Assembly (NCBI RefSeq): GCF_006345805.1
Contig: NC_043009.1
Location: 17,360,001 to 17,424,000, forward strand
Direction: 5' to 3'
From: Octopus sinensis
Taxonomy: Eukaryota
Length of the DNA: 64,000 nucleotides
Part shown: piece by piece, positions 39,219 through 52,409 of the stretch
Layout of the letters: every line of letters begins with the position of its first letter
Numbering within the stretch: position 1 is the first letter of the stretch
Position numbers and translations under genes: made by a program
Notes under the pieces: generated by a model
The model's input: only the letters and a program-made list of their open reading frames with translations
Told to the model about the DNA's origin: nothing
Databases searched by the model: none

Positions 39219-39624
39219 AGGTGCGGGTGTGGCTGTGTGGTAAGAAATTTGCTTCCCAGCCACATGGTTCCAAGTTTAGTGCCATCAGTGAGGCATCTTG
39301 GGCAAGTGACTTCTACTATGGCCACAGGCCGACCAAAGCCTTATGAGTGGATTTGGTAGACTGAAACCGAAAGAAGCCTATTGTGCGTGTGTGCGTGTGT
39401 GTGTGTGTGTTTTTGTATCTGTGTTTGTCCTCCACCACTTGACAACCGGTGTTTGTGTGTTTACATCCCTGTAACATAGTGGTTCAGCATAAAGGACCAA
39501 TAAAATAAATATCAGTTTTAGAAAAAGAAAATTAGTACTGGGATTGATTAATTCAGCTAAAATTCCTCATGGTGGTGCCCCAGCATGGCCATAGTCTAAT
39601 GGCTGAAACAAGTAAAAGATAAAA
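39219..39624 (+). mobile_element. Full tRNA-derived SINE with internal (GT)n
   Basis: Head ggtgtggctgtgtggtaagaaatttgcttcccagccacatggttcc, internal GT tract, tail ccccagcatggccatagtctaatggctgaaacaagtaaaagataaaa. Confidence 0.8.
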
Positions 39625-39844
39625 CCTAGTCATGGTATGGTGGTGGGGGGGGGGATGGTGATGATGATGGTGGGGGTAACCATTCATAGTTTGTGAGCTT
39701 CATAAGTGATAGTGGGATAAGAGATGGAAGGTTATGAATGATCGTGGAATGAAATGATGGAGATGAATGGGGAAAATAGGTGAAAGAGAGGAGGTGAACA
39801 GCCGGAGGATGAGAAAAGGGTCATGGATACATACAGGGAAACAT

Positions 39845-40149
39845 ATGTGTGTGTGTGTGTGTGTGTGTGCATGCATATATCCATCCATACACAACACATA
39901 CACAGTGCATATATTCATAAACTACTTGCATATACACACATACAATACATATACATACATGGATACAGTACATAAAATACATATACATACATATATACAC
40001 ATGCACAAATACATACAATATATACTTATATGTACATGCATGCATACATACAAATGTCAAACATACACATATACACACACATACATACATACATACATAC
40101 ATACATACATACATACATACACACACACATACATACATACATACATACA

Positions 40150-40183
<34 letters not shown>

Positions 40184-40345
40184 CACATGCACAAATACAT
40201 ACAATATATACTTATATGTACATGCATACATACAAATGTCATACATACACATATACACACACATACATACATACATACACACATATACATACATACATAC
40301 ATACAAACATACATACATACATACAAACATACATACATACATATG
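39845..40345. repeat. Compound (TACA)/(CA) microsatellite with internal duplication
   Basis: atatacacatgcacaaatacatacaatatatacttatatgtacatgc occurs at ~39993 and ~40180. Confidence 0.9.
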
Positions 40346-41348
40346 TTAACTGTACATCGGTAGCCCTGTATATACCAATGCATTACAATGTCTACCTTCT
40401 GTATCTGAATAAGGTCACTACTTTTGCCAGTTTATGGAAACATCTAGACATTTAAGTGCCTGCTTTTAACTTTTCTATTATTCACCACTGAGAGATGTGA
40501 TGGTATGTCGATGTTTACCACTGTTTTTAAAATATTGGAGAGTTGAGAAATAACTCTCTTCTAGGATTAAATAACAACTAAAACAGGTTTATATATTTTT
40601 TCCTTTAATTTAAAGTATCATTTGAATTCAGTACAACTTATTAACACTGTTCCTTGGAAATTCCAGCAGTAAAATATTCTTTCTTGTGGTTTCTATCTCC
40701 AATGAGTTATATAAAGTTTTTATCGAAAAGAAACAGGCCAAAGTGAGACGAAGCTCGATATCAATAACAAAACGAGATATCAACCCTTTTTCAACCTATC
40801 ATTGTACAGATTTAGAAAGCTGTGACTTAATAGAAAGGATACAGACTGAAATTGTTACCAGCTGAAATACAAAGAACTTTATAGTTCAAAGATTTGACTA
40901 ACATTTGTGAAATACAAATATATTTGAAGTTTGCTGAAAAAGTATAAAACATATTTTGCCAAGTTTTAGCACCAGTTCATAAAACTTGGCATCTCTCTGA
41001 GATTTTAGTGTTTTGTTAAAAAGCAATTAAGGAGTTTAGCGGAGAGGGCCAACATGTGATGTGGTACTGAAGGTGCCATAAAAACATGCTTTAACATCCT
41101 AGTCTCTTTACTGAACAAAGACACCAAAGAGATAATAGCTGGAACATTGCAGAGGTTTTGAATTTAAAACAACATCAAAGAAAGATAACTTTGGATTGCT
41201 ACCAATAGTGACTATGATTCATTCAATGTGGAAATATTTTGAAATGTAATAAATAAAGAATGACTATGGAGAACAACCACCCTATTAAGATAAAGCTGGT
41301 TTTGTTCAGTTTTTAATCAATAAATGTACTTGGTGAAATTAGTTTTAC

Positions 41349-41474
41349 CTAAACAAGAAAATCCGTCAGCAGCAATTGTATATGCGTCTTTTGGGCAAGT
41401 ACATTTGAAAGATCCAAACAGGTTTACACATCCCATACTGCAGCCACCATTATTCGATTCGCACTCATTGATAT
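41349..41474 (-). CDS. cbEGF exon D (126 nt): (D)INECESNNGGCSMGCVNLFGSFKCTCPKDAYTIAADGFSCL
   Basis: Acceptor cttttgaag|AT, donor G|gtaaaa, six Cys, CVNLFGSFKC. Confidence 0.92.
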
Positions 41475-42294
41475 CTTCAAAAGAAAATGAAAATAATAAT
41501 AACAATAATGATAATAGCAATAATAATAACAACAGCAAAATAAAAATAAGATATAAAAATGTATAAGCAACAGACCAGAACACATTTCAGCAGTGAATGC
41601 AAGACATTTCAATAGAAAAATGGCAAAACTACAATTCTAAGGGTCTGGCAATGTGACTAGATATGTTCCAGAAAACTGTTCAAGTATTTAGCATATTGAT
41701 TTTATCATTACAACATTGAATGCACAAGGGAAGGTGAGAGAAAGAGAGAGAGAGAGAAAGGGAGAGGGAAAGAGAGAGAGAGAAGAGACAGAAAGAAAGA
41801 AGTAAGAGGAAGGTAGGAAGGAAAAGAGAACTATATCAAAGAAATTCCTGGCAAAGATCATTGGTTGAACTTTGTCATTTAGGGAAGATACGATTACCAA
41901 TATTCAAGGAATCTGCTATTAGCCACTGATGCCAGCAGGTTTTTATGTACTGTTAATAAGTGACAGTATAAAAATGATTATATTAACTATATAAAATCAT
42001 GATTTATGTGTTATATACACCGTTAAAATGTACTTTACAAAATGGCTGTTCTCTATGAATAAAAATATCTTCTTGTAACACAGAAGCAAAATATGTTATC
42101 TGTTACCAGATTTATAGGCTCTTCTTCCTTTCTTCCAGCCATACAATCTGCTGTTCATATATTCTGCCTCTCCTGTGAATTCAACCTACTAAACCTAAGA
42201 CTTCAAGTGGAGGGTAGACGTATATATAAGTGGAGGCTAGATGTGTATAGCAACTTAGTTGGCTTTCGCTACTCAATCTCAACATTGCTTTACT

Positions 42295-42415
42295 TCATCA
42301 TCATCATCATCATCATCATCGTTTAACATCCGCTTTCCATGCTAGCATGGGTTGGACGATTTGACTGAGGGCTGGCGAGCCAGATGGCTGCACCAGGCTC
42401 CAATCTTGATCTGAT
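42295..42415 (-). mobile_element. Short (ATG)n-tailed retroposon copy
   Basis: (cat)n-cgtttaacatccgctttccatgctagcatgggttggacg. Confidence 0.75.
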
Positions 42416-43067
42416 AATATCAATAATGATAATAGCAATTATCCTTCCTTCTGATAATATATTTAACATTAGTCTTTAGTATCACTAGTTAGAAACATAA
42501 CTTTAAACTACCGATATCATATCACCAACACTGCCATGACGATCATCAGACACCATCCTGACATTTTCTGACTCACAACAAACTCTGATCCACTGAACAA
42601 TACTCCTGTCACATTGAAACTAGTGAAGTTCCTTCAATGACCAACATCCGGTTCAGCAGTCAGAATAAAATCTGAACTTTGATTAATAAACTATCTTACA
42701 GGAAGATCTTTAAACTTTAGTTCATTATCCCATTACATCTTCCCTCTATCCACCTCATACCATTTTAATGAAATTACTTCTCTTTCAACTAATAACATGC
42801 ATTATAATGTGTTTCTTTCACTAAACCAATCACACAAAGATTACAAGCAACCCTTTATGCTGGGGAATGTTGCCCTTTAAAAATGCATTCTCCCCCTCAC
42901 AATACACTAAGGTATTTCAAACCTCAACATCAATATTATTCATGATTCCCTCAAAGAACCTGAACACTATGAATTTTGTTTTTGATTTTTCTTTGAAACA
43001 ATACAAAAATATAATCAACATCAAAATCATTGCTTCTGTTACCAGCAGAAAAAAAAGACTGGCTGCA

Positions 43068-43300
43068 TGAGTGGCTGTAGGGTAAGGAAGTTTGCTTCCC
43101 AACCACATGGTTCCAGGTTCAGTCCCACAAGAAGAAGAAGAAGAAGAAGAAGAAGAAGAAGAAGAAGAAGAAGAAGAAGAAGAGGAAGTTGTTGTTGTTG
43201 TTGTCGTTGTTGTCGTTGTCGTCGTCGTCGTCGCTGCTGCTGCCACTATCACCACTGCTGCCAGTACAATCACTGCTGCTGTTGCTGTTGTTGTTGAGCA
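43068..43300 (+). repeat. SINE head (43068-43127) running directly into (GAA)n/(GTT)n/(GCT)n
   Basis: tggctgtagggtaaggaagtttgcttcccaaccacatggttccaggttcagtccca followed by about 19 GAA units. Confidence 0.75.
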
Positions 43301-44057
43301 GCATTCAGGTCTGCACTGATTGAAAAGACTCATCCTCAAAAGGAGTCTAGTCATGACCATTCCATCTAACATCCCAGCTTCATATACCTCATGCTATATT
43401 ACCAAATATAGACTTTGAAATCAGACTTAAAGATGATAAGATGTTATTTAAGAAAAAGTTGGTTGCTATTTCTAGCCTGTTGAGCATCCACCAAAGCATC
43501 TCCTTGGGAACTCCTCATTTGTTCAAAACCTGGTTTGAGGAAATTTCTTCCTCAAGTTTCTCACACACTTGAACACAGCTTCCTACCATTGTGGGACTAT
43601 TGAATATGTATGGACATCTTTTGAATAGTCCCCTTATCATTGTGTCACTATTCAGTGCTTATGCACATCTGTTTGTGTAGGATATTTATTTGTACATGGT
43701 CATCTGTTTAAAACTGCTTACCAATTTTAGTGAGGTAACTCAAGGCAGAAAGACATCTGGGTTTTTTTAATTAATGTAACCAAGTTACAGGATCTCTTTT
43801 TACTGTATTAATATCATCTTTAGCTTTGCATTATACGTATTATTACATTATCCCTCCTCTATATATCCTGTGTCATAATTGTATTATATATTATTACTAC
43901 AATATGTTATTAGTTGCTTTTTATAATCATACTGTATACCTATATATCTATCATATATGAAATGTATGAATTATTTTTTACCATTTGGCAATACATACCA
44001 AATACATATACACCACGTGCGCACACACACACGCACACATACACACACACACATAAA

Positions 44058-45018
44058 TGAGGGGAAGTCAAAAATTATCCACACTCTCACCATAACATAT
44101 CTTTATTACTGTCACACTGCCTTCTGTGCATGTGTACTTATAGTTCGTCCTATTGTGGTCACATGATCAAAGTTTGAGCCTAATCATGCCATTTTCTTTC
44201 TGGCTTTACAGTGAAATCGTGGCCATCCACTAAGAATGTGCATCAATGAAGAACAAAGAGAAGGGATCCAATTTCTCTCGTTGGGAGATTGTGTCACGTA
44301 CTGAAATTCATCAGAGGCTTTGAGCACAATTGGTTAATAGTTTCAACAGTCTGGGCTTTGGCATTTGGTGCAAATTGCTGGCTTCAGTTTCTTGGCCAGC
44401 AAAGCACTGTATCTTGCACTATTGATTGTACACCCCTTTTCCAGGTAATCTTCCAGTATAGGCCCTTTTGAGTGCCAAAAATGGGTTAGCATCACCTTTC
44501 CTGTGGAAGACTGAGTCTTGAATTTCTTTGTAGCTGGCAAGCCAGGATGTTTCCACACCATACTCTGTCTTTGAGATTCTGCCTCATAATGATGGACCCA
44601 TGTTGCATCTCCTGTGACTATTCTGCTCAAAAATTCCTCACCCTCATTGTTGTAGTGATTGAATAAATGCTGGAAAATCTCAAGATGTTTGCACTTGTGC
44701 TCTGCAGTAAGCTCTCTTGGCACCCATCTTGCATAGACTTTATGGAAGCTGAGCTCATCGTGGATGATTTTCAGCCTCTGACACATTTTCCAGCCAGAGA
44801 AATCAGATCACGGCTCTTTGTTCTCCTTTGATGCACATTGCTAGTGGAGCAGCCATAATTACACAGTAAAGCCAGAAATAAAATTGGTGTAATCAGACTC
44901 AAACTTCGATCACATGGCCACAATAGTACCAACTATGAGTATGCATGCACAGAAGGCAGTGTGATAATAATAAAGATATGTTATGGCAAAAGTGCAGATA
45001 ATTTTTGACTTCCCCTTG
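44058..45018 (-). mobile_element. Mariner family 3, rearranged, with ~250-bp inverted terminal segments
   Basis: TIR gaggggaagtcaaaaattatc at both ends. Internal transposase fragment ARWVPRELT, IVTGDATWVHHYE, GKVMLTHFW (44343-44786, minus strand). Confidence 0.88.
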
Positions 45019-45027
45019 TATGTATAT

Positions 45028-45071
<44 letters not shown>

Positions 45072-45819
45072 CAGGACAGATAAATCTCCCGCAATACTGT
45101 CAAATTCTACTCAGTAGTCACATAGACTATTGCGCTAGAAATACAAATCCCAAATTTCATATATTCCCTTTTTATCAATGTAAAGAACAGAATCAACAAG
45201 GAGAATTTTTTATTCAAAAATTCCAAACGCTTCTTAATATACAAACTCCACGGTGACCATATTCCTTTTTCTAGCATCCTGTCTGACAAAAAATTGATAT
45301 AAGCATCCTGTTCGACAAAAAATCCTGCATTCCAATTAAAGAGTGTAAAATCCACAGAATTGTCTCTCCTTATTCACAGGAACTGAATAACTCCCACCCC
45401 ATTTCCTGTTTTGACACATAAAAATCCAACCTTTTCAAACAACACACTTCACTTAAACACATACATCCTAATCCTCCAAAGAAGTTTTTCCAAGGATTAA
45501 TATTGAAATCTAACACCATAAAGACTCTACAATGTATTGGTATACTTATTTATTAATTTTTGTATATATATTATTATTTTTTGAAAAAAACATTGTAAAT
45601 TTTTTTTTCCCCTTCCTCAATTAAAAAAAAATTTTTTCCATTTCCAAATCTTGAAAATTTGCCTTGCAATGAAAGCCAGTTTGATTTCTTTTTTCTTTTT
45701 TAATTTTTCATACACCCATTTTTATTAAAATTTACTTTCAATTTAGCATTCTGCCTTATTATTATTTTTTTCCTCTCCTACCATTCCTCCACATGCAGTT
45801 AACACAACCCCACCAGTTA

Positions 45820-45828
45820 CTGATTTAT

Positions 45829-45895
<67 letters not shown>

Positions 45896-45901
45896 AAATA
45901 C

Positions 45902-45934
<33 letters not shown>

Positions 45935-45938
45935 TATA

Positions 45939-45983
<45 letters not shown>

Positions 45984-45995
45984 TATATATAAATA
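45820..45995. repeat. (CA)n/(TA)n microsatellite
   Basis: Directly visible. Confidence 0.95.
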
Positions 45996-46410
45996 TCTAA
46001 TATAATAAATGTGCAAACTAATTTCTGTGTGTCAGTGTGTCACACTTAAACCCCCTCTCTCACTATTCAATGATACTATTACTATTCCTTATGATAGCGT
46101 GAGAGTAGGCATTAATACAGTGAGAGTGGTGGCAAAGACAGACAAAGAGAAAGAGAGAAAGAAAAAGAGAGGGAGAGAAAGAGAGAAAGTGAGTTGATGA
46201 TGTTTTATTAAAAGTAGAAGTGTTGATGGTGGCAGTGGGAGTAATAATAAAAGAGAGAGAAAGAGGGGGTATGTGAGAGAAAGAGGGAGATGATGTACCA
46301 CTTTGTTTAACCATGTCTCTTGAAGGGGGTCTCAATACATACACACATATAAAATACACGTTAATTGAAATAAAGTTTCTCCAAAATTAAACACATCTAA
46401 TATAATAAAT

Positions 46411-46535
46411 CCTTTCTACTGGAAGCACAAGTCCTCAAATTTTGGGGTAAGGCATTAAGTTGAATACATCGACCCCAGTATATAACTGGTACTAATTTTA
46501 TTGACCCCGAAAGGATGAAAGGCAAAATCAACCTC
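46411..46535 (-). mobile_element. tRNA-derived SINE 3' part
   Basis: gaccccgaaaggatgaaaggcaaaatcaacctc core. Confidence 0.7.
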
Positions 46536-47369
46536 ATTGGTCTCATTTTTTATTCATTGGTCTCATTTTTAATCTTTTAAATATCTCTATGTTGCCTCTC
46601 TCATTTCTTTGTTTCTGCCATGGGGTAGCCATGCATCTTGGTCTTTTGCAGTGTTCACTCCCATCATCTATACCAGAAACCTTTCTTCTGTACCTGAAGC
46701 CGTTCTTTTGTATCAAAAACCTGTGTCAAAAGCGTTTTTCTCTCCCTCTCTCACCACCAATACCAGCACACTATCAATGACAGTATCAGGATATTATGGA
46801 AATCATGCCAAAGCAGGCAACAGAGCCAGGTGCAGTTCTCTGGTTTGCCAGCTCCTTTCAAACCATCCGACCCATGCTAGCAAAGAAGACAGATGTTAAA
46901 TGATGGTGATGATGATATCTATATATTTAACCAATCAAACAGCTGAGGAACATTTCAAAGTAATGAGCATGTGAAATATCATGTATGAGTTTGAGAAAGT
47001 TCCATCATAATTAAAGTTGCATTCTTGAAATATTTCCCCAATTTTGCTGACAAATCTGTTTTTTTATTTTTTAATATTTCTAAGCTTTGATGTCTTCCTG
47101 GGTCTACCTCTTCTGCAGGTTCCCTCCATAATTAGAGATCAGCACTTCTTTATGTGGTTGTCCTGGTCCATATGTATCACATGACCATAATAGCACGATC
47201 CTCTCTCTTGCAGTGTGTAATATCTTTGATTGCATAGTATCTATCATGGATTTATCAAGCAGAATCCAACTTACAGAGTTGTAAGAGTGTGTGAAACGGC
47301 TACAATTGTGTAGATGTGGGTTTAGTTGTTGTTTACCTACAAGACATACATGATGGAAAGTAATTCAAA

Positions 47370-47640
47370 CCATGATGATGATGATCATCATCATCATTTA
47401 ATGTCTGCTTTCCATGCCGGCATGGGTTGGACAGTTTGACTGAGGTCTGGAGAGCCAGTGACTGCACCAGGCTCCAATCTGATCTGGCGATGTTTCTACA
47501 GCCGGATGCCCTTCCTAATGCCAACCACTCCAAGGGTATAGTGCGTGCTTTTTATGTCCCACTGGCACAGAAGCCAGTCAGTCAGGCCTGGCATTGATCA
47601 TGTTCGGATAATGCTTTTTACACGCCACCAGCACAGGATC
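47370..47640 (-). mobile_element. (ATG)n-tailed retroposon copy
   Basis: ccggatgcccttcctaatgccaaccactcc core plus (cat)n. Confidence 0.75.
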
Positions 47641-48015
47641 ATTGAATCATTTTCCATACATCTACAATTACTAGTCTGTCAAACATATCCCATCCGCTTT
47701 TAAGATTATAGTGTTTGAGACCAGGGAGATTCGGCAGTTATTTTTAGCAAGTTGAGTGACTAAGCAGAGGTTTGGGGTTTATATCAGAAAGAAAACAGAG
47801 AGGTTAATGTTGTGGTGGTGTTCTGTGTGGCTAATCAATGTCAGTGTCAGTACTTAGCTATAAAAGTATAGCTGCAGTGGTCATGGAATGTAGCATGAAT
47901 TATGCCTTGACACCTTTAATTTAGTTCTTGCTGTAGCATAGCTTTGGTCAATTCTGTTTAAGCAGATCTATGGCAACCCACATGGCCAGAACCCCAGTTA
48001 TGAAGTGAACTACCA

Positions 48016-49085
48016 TCATCATCATCATCATCATCTTCATCACTGTCATCATCATTATCCTTTAATGTCCGTTTTCCAAACTGGTATGGGTTGAACGGTT
48101 TGACCAGAGCTGGCAAGCCAGAGAACTGTATCAGGTTCTAGTCTGATTTGGCTTAGTTTCTATGGCTGGATGCCCTTCTTAATGCCAATTCCTTTACAGT
48201 GTGTACTGGCTGCTTTTAACATGTCACTGGCATGAGTGCTTTTACATGGCACTGACACAGGACTCTTCTAGGCTAATCCACTTCACTGAAGGATGCAGCC
48301 TTCACACTTCTGCTGTGGAGAATGGGTCGTTTTAAGTACAGCAAGGCACTAGGTATTTGGTCCTTTGTCATCTTATCCAAAAGTTCAGCATTCTGAGGTC
48401 ATCCTTCAGCACTTCATCCCATGTCTTCCTGGGTCTCCCTCCTCCATGAGTGCCATCCATTATGAGTGATCAGCACTTCTTTATGGAGCTGTCAGCATCC
48501 ATCCACATCACATGACCAAACCAACGCAGTTTTCTCTCTTGCACACTCCACTGAATTCCTCTTATGCTTAACTTCTCTCTCAATACACTAACACTCTGTC
48601 ACACACATACACTTACATTACACATCCAGTGGATCACACTAGCTTCATTCTTCTCTAGCCTTTACATGTCCTCTGCATTCAGGGCCCATGTCTCACTACC
48701 CTGTAGAATTGCTGTTAGTATGCATGCATCATACAATCTTCTTTTCACTCTGAAGTTGTCAACAGAGTTAAGAACTCTCTGAATTTTCTCCATTCTATTT
48801 TCATTCTAGCAATTACATTCTCTGTACATCTTCCCCTGCTACTAATTAGGTGCCCTAGGTAGCAGAAATTACTCACTACCTCGAAAGAGCCTCTGAGGCA
48901 TTTGAGAAAATCGATTTCCCAAGTATCTGTAGTTTTTATGGCTCCTGTGCACCTTCCACATACAAACACTACTTTCTCTGATAATTTTCTTATTATTCTA
49001 CTGCACCTCTTGTGTGTCCTTAACTTGCATTGGGTACACCACATAGAATTCCCCCATACACCTTTCCTACAAATTGAACAGGACC
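48016..49085 (-). mobile_element. 5'-truncated RTE LINE: PHD-containing RT C-terminus, 3' UTR and (ATG)n tail
   Basis: CSICRKG...HKRC...CGRC, FCYLG, WRKFREF, ERKLRWFGHVMWM, GRPRKTWDEVLKDDL, then the dispersed 3' repeat and a (cat)n tail at 48016. Confidence 0.88.
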
Positions 49086-49218
49086 AGGCTAGACTAAACT
49101 ATATCCTAGGCACTGGATTGTTATCTATAATTAATTTCTGAAAGCATAATCTACCCAAATGTTACCTTACTTATGATACAATGCCAATATATGTTCTGCT
49201 ATTACAGCATTTACTTAC

Positions 49219-49344
49219 CAATGCACTGGGACTTGTCTTCACTAAGAACAAAACTCTTTTTACATTTGCAGTAGTATGATCCAACAGTATTAAAACATTT
49301 CCCACCACTGCAGGCTTTCCTATAACGTTCACATTCATTTAGAT
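49219..49344 (-). CDS. cbEGF exon C (126 nt): (D)LNECERYRKACSGGKCFNTVGSYYCKCKKSFVLSEDKSQCI
   Basis: Acceptor tttttgtag|AT, donor G|gtaagt, six Cys, CFNTVGSYYC. Confidence 0.93.
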
Positions 49345-50379
49345 CTACAAAAACAAATAAAAAAGAAATAATCAATATGCATACACGCAGGCATGCATAC
49401 ACATATATAACAGCAGTGTATATATTTTGAGATTTATTATATACAAGTAAACTTCTGACACAAGTGAATGTGATACTACAGTTGGTATTTAAAGGAGACA
49501 ATTTTTTCAAGTTTTCGACAATGAACTAAAAAAAGAGAAAAATATGAATAACTTTGTGTACAATATTTTCTCTGTGTGTTAGATAGTTTAAATTCCTACT
49601 TTTATGAAAAATACACCAAACAAATAAAAATTTAATTTGAAAGGATCTTGAATTGAAATAGATACCATTTTTCCTGACCTTTTACACCAAGGTATTATTG
49701 TTATGGTTATTTCTTACAATTTTGCTGTAGTGACATGATCAGAGTAACAAACAGCCTCAGATTTACAAAGAAGGAAAGAATTGTTTTATAACAACCACAC
49801 CAAAACGAAGCTTAAATGGAAGGAAGTAAAACGAATCCACTTAATGATATATGATCATATAAGGCAGTGAGCTGCTGGAATCATTAGCTTGTTGGCCAAA
49901 ATGTTTAGCGGCATTTCATCCGTTTTTACATTCTGAGTTCAAATTCCACTGAGGTCTTTCATCCTTTCGGAGTTAATCAAATAAGTACCAATTAAGCACT
50001 GGGCTTGATTTAATTGACTAAGCCTCTACCCCAAAATTGCTGGCCTTGTGTCAAAATTTGAAACCATTATGTCACTATAATACTTTAAGTATGGCATGAC
50101 AATAACAATATCTTATTTTTCCTCTGCATTAAATCTAAAGTCTAGTTCCCATATATTAAAAAATATTGTCAATATTCATTTAAATCAGATTTTAAGTTAG
50201 AAACTTCTGTGTCATGGATATGTGATAAAATTAAAATTTTCTGATGACCTCAATCAACAATGATAACCATCACATTACTCCAGCTTTTGCTCAACATTAA
50301 CAGTTGCCAGACAAATCACTGAGAACCACTTTAATTTCAGATAATCCCTTTCAATCTGTCCTTTCAGGTTCTACTAAAG

Positions 50380-50900
50380 ACCTTAGTTTATATGTCTAGT
50401 TTGTAGGAGTCTTGCAACATGGCCCAAAAGCATTTGCAATCAAATATATCAAGTTTGCTCTATTGATGAGTTTGCAGATGCCATGTCTCAGTGCTAGCAA
50501 AGACATTTGTATTGCCTGAGAGTTTACTACTATCCCATATCTTGAGCAGTCAATTGAACACAGCTGAAACTTTCCCCATTTTTTGTTGAGGTTTATGAAG
50601 CTTCCAAGGTAGTTGAAGCTTCTCTTTCACTTTGATTCATGTTCTGCCAACCGCTTTAGCCAACTGCATTTGTCTTTCTACTAACTTTATGTTAGAGGTA
50701 TAGATTTAATCTGTAGCCTGGTTTAAGACCACTGCTTGACCATTAAGTATCGTTAGTGCAGTCCACTTTGTTGCAAGTATTTGAACAAGATCTCCAGTTT
50801 GGCGACAATCCACCAATCTTAGAGACTCTACAAAAATATCATTGGTATTAACCCTCCTCCTCAAAGTAGGTTCTAGAAAATAACTCTCAAGGTGTTTCCC
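50380..50900 (-). mobile_element. Degenerate RTE LINE RT fragment
   Basis: SFNYLGSFIN and STETWHLQTHQ*SKLDIFDCKCF resemble RTE RT C-terminal motifs. Confidence 0.45.
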
Positions 50901-50952
50901 CAGTCTGATCATAGTCAAATGACTGAAACTAGTGGAAAACACAGATGTTTAA

Positions 50953-51174
50953 CCCTTTAGCTTTTAAACTGGTTGCATCTGACTCAAATACTTTATCTGT
51001 TTTATGTACAAACCAGCCAGATCTTGCTTCTCATACTTATCCTATAATGTCATTCTAAAAAATAAACAATCACATCCATGAAATCTCAAAGCTACACAAT
51101 AATGCATGAGTAATTCAAAATAATGTGAGTAAAAGAAGCATTGCATTTGACAGAATAATCTAAATGCTAAAGGC
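50953..51174. mobile_element. piggyBac-type MITE
   Basis: TTAA|ccctttagc...aaatgctaaaggc|ttga; homologous to 54289-54503. Confidence 0.65.
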
Positions 51175-51331
51175 TTGATCCAGAATTATAACAACTAACA
51201 TTTTACGTAACTATTTTTAAGAGTCTAAATTAACAAAAAAAAAAAAGATGGAGCTACTCTTTTACATTGATTTTTCATTTTTTTAGCTATCTCTGCAAAG
51301 AGTGAAGCTGATTCTCAAGAAAGTCACTTAC

Positions 51332-51457
51332 CTTCACATGAATGTCGATCTGCTGCTAATTTGTAACCTTTTCTCTCACAACGACACTTATATGAGCCAT
51401 GTATATTTTCACATCTGTCAGAACAGCCACCATTATTGATGGAACATTCATCAAAGT
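51332..51457 (-). CDS. cbEGF exon B (126 nt): (D)[41 protein letters not shown]
   Basis: Acceptor tcctccaag|AC, donor G|gtaagt, six Cys, [10 protein letters not shown]. Absent from the ORF track and read directly from the sequence. Confidence 0.93.
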
Positions 51458-52334
51458 CTTGGAGGAAAAAACAACAGTGAAAGAAAAAGACAAAGATCAG
51501 ATATTATTGGAAGCAATATAACTAAAGATTGTTAGTACAAGTCTCAATCCATCTTTCAAAATTGTCAAAGCAATTAACATTAGTTAATCAGTTGGAAAAT
51601 TGAAGGTTAATCAAAAAGACACAAGAAATAGTGATGACACTAGATCATAGAGCAGAATCGTCTTACATGTAATCATATCTTTAACATTTTAGTTTCTAAT
51701 TAAAGTGAGTTTTTAATCAGACATGGCTGGGAAAAATAAACATTTAGTGCATATAATTAGAGTAAAATATAACTGTGTATGTGTGTGTGTGTGGTGTGTG
51801 TGTGTGTGTGTGCATTTGTGTGTCTGTGTGTGTGTATGTTGTCTGAGTATGTGTGGTGCTGTACGCATGCGCATGCTTTCAGGAGAATGAGACAAAGCTG
51901 CTTTTTCAAGACAAACTTTTCAATAAGTTTTCTTATTTTCAGAAATGATTTAATAATAGATTTAATATAATTTATTGAACTTTATGTCACATCAGGCAAT
52001 GATATACAGATAACTTATATGTTATCGTAAAAAACAGTGATATATTGATAATTGAAGCAGCGATAACTATGTTATTGTATCAAGTAGGGATATATATATA
52101 TATATATTCTGGTATTGTATTTAGTAGAGATATAGAGGTAACAAATATCACATTAAGCATTGATATATGCCGAGTAAGTGTTGTTATATTAAACAGATAT
52201 ATTCAGATAACTAGATATTATAATAAGCAGTGACATATAAATAACTTAATAAATATTAAGCAGTGAAATAAAGGGAGAGAAAGAGAGAGAGAGGGGGGGA
52301 TGAGACATACAGACAGACAGAAGACAGAGTGGAG

Positions 52335-52337
<3 letters not shown>

Positions 52338-52408
<71 letters not shown>
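52338..52408. repeat. (GATA)n microsatellite
   Basis: Directly visible. Confidence 0.95.
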
Positions 52409-52409
<1 letters not shown>

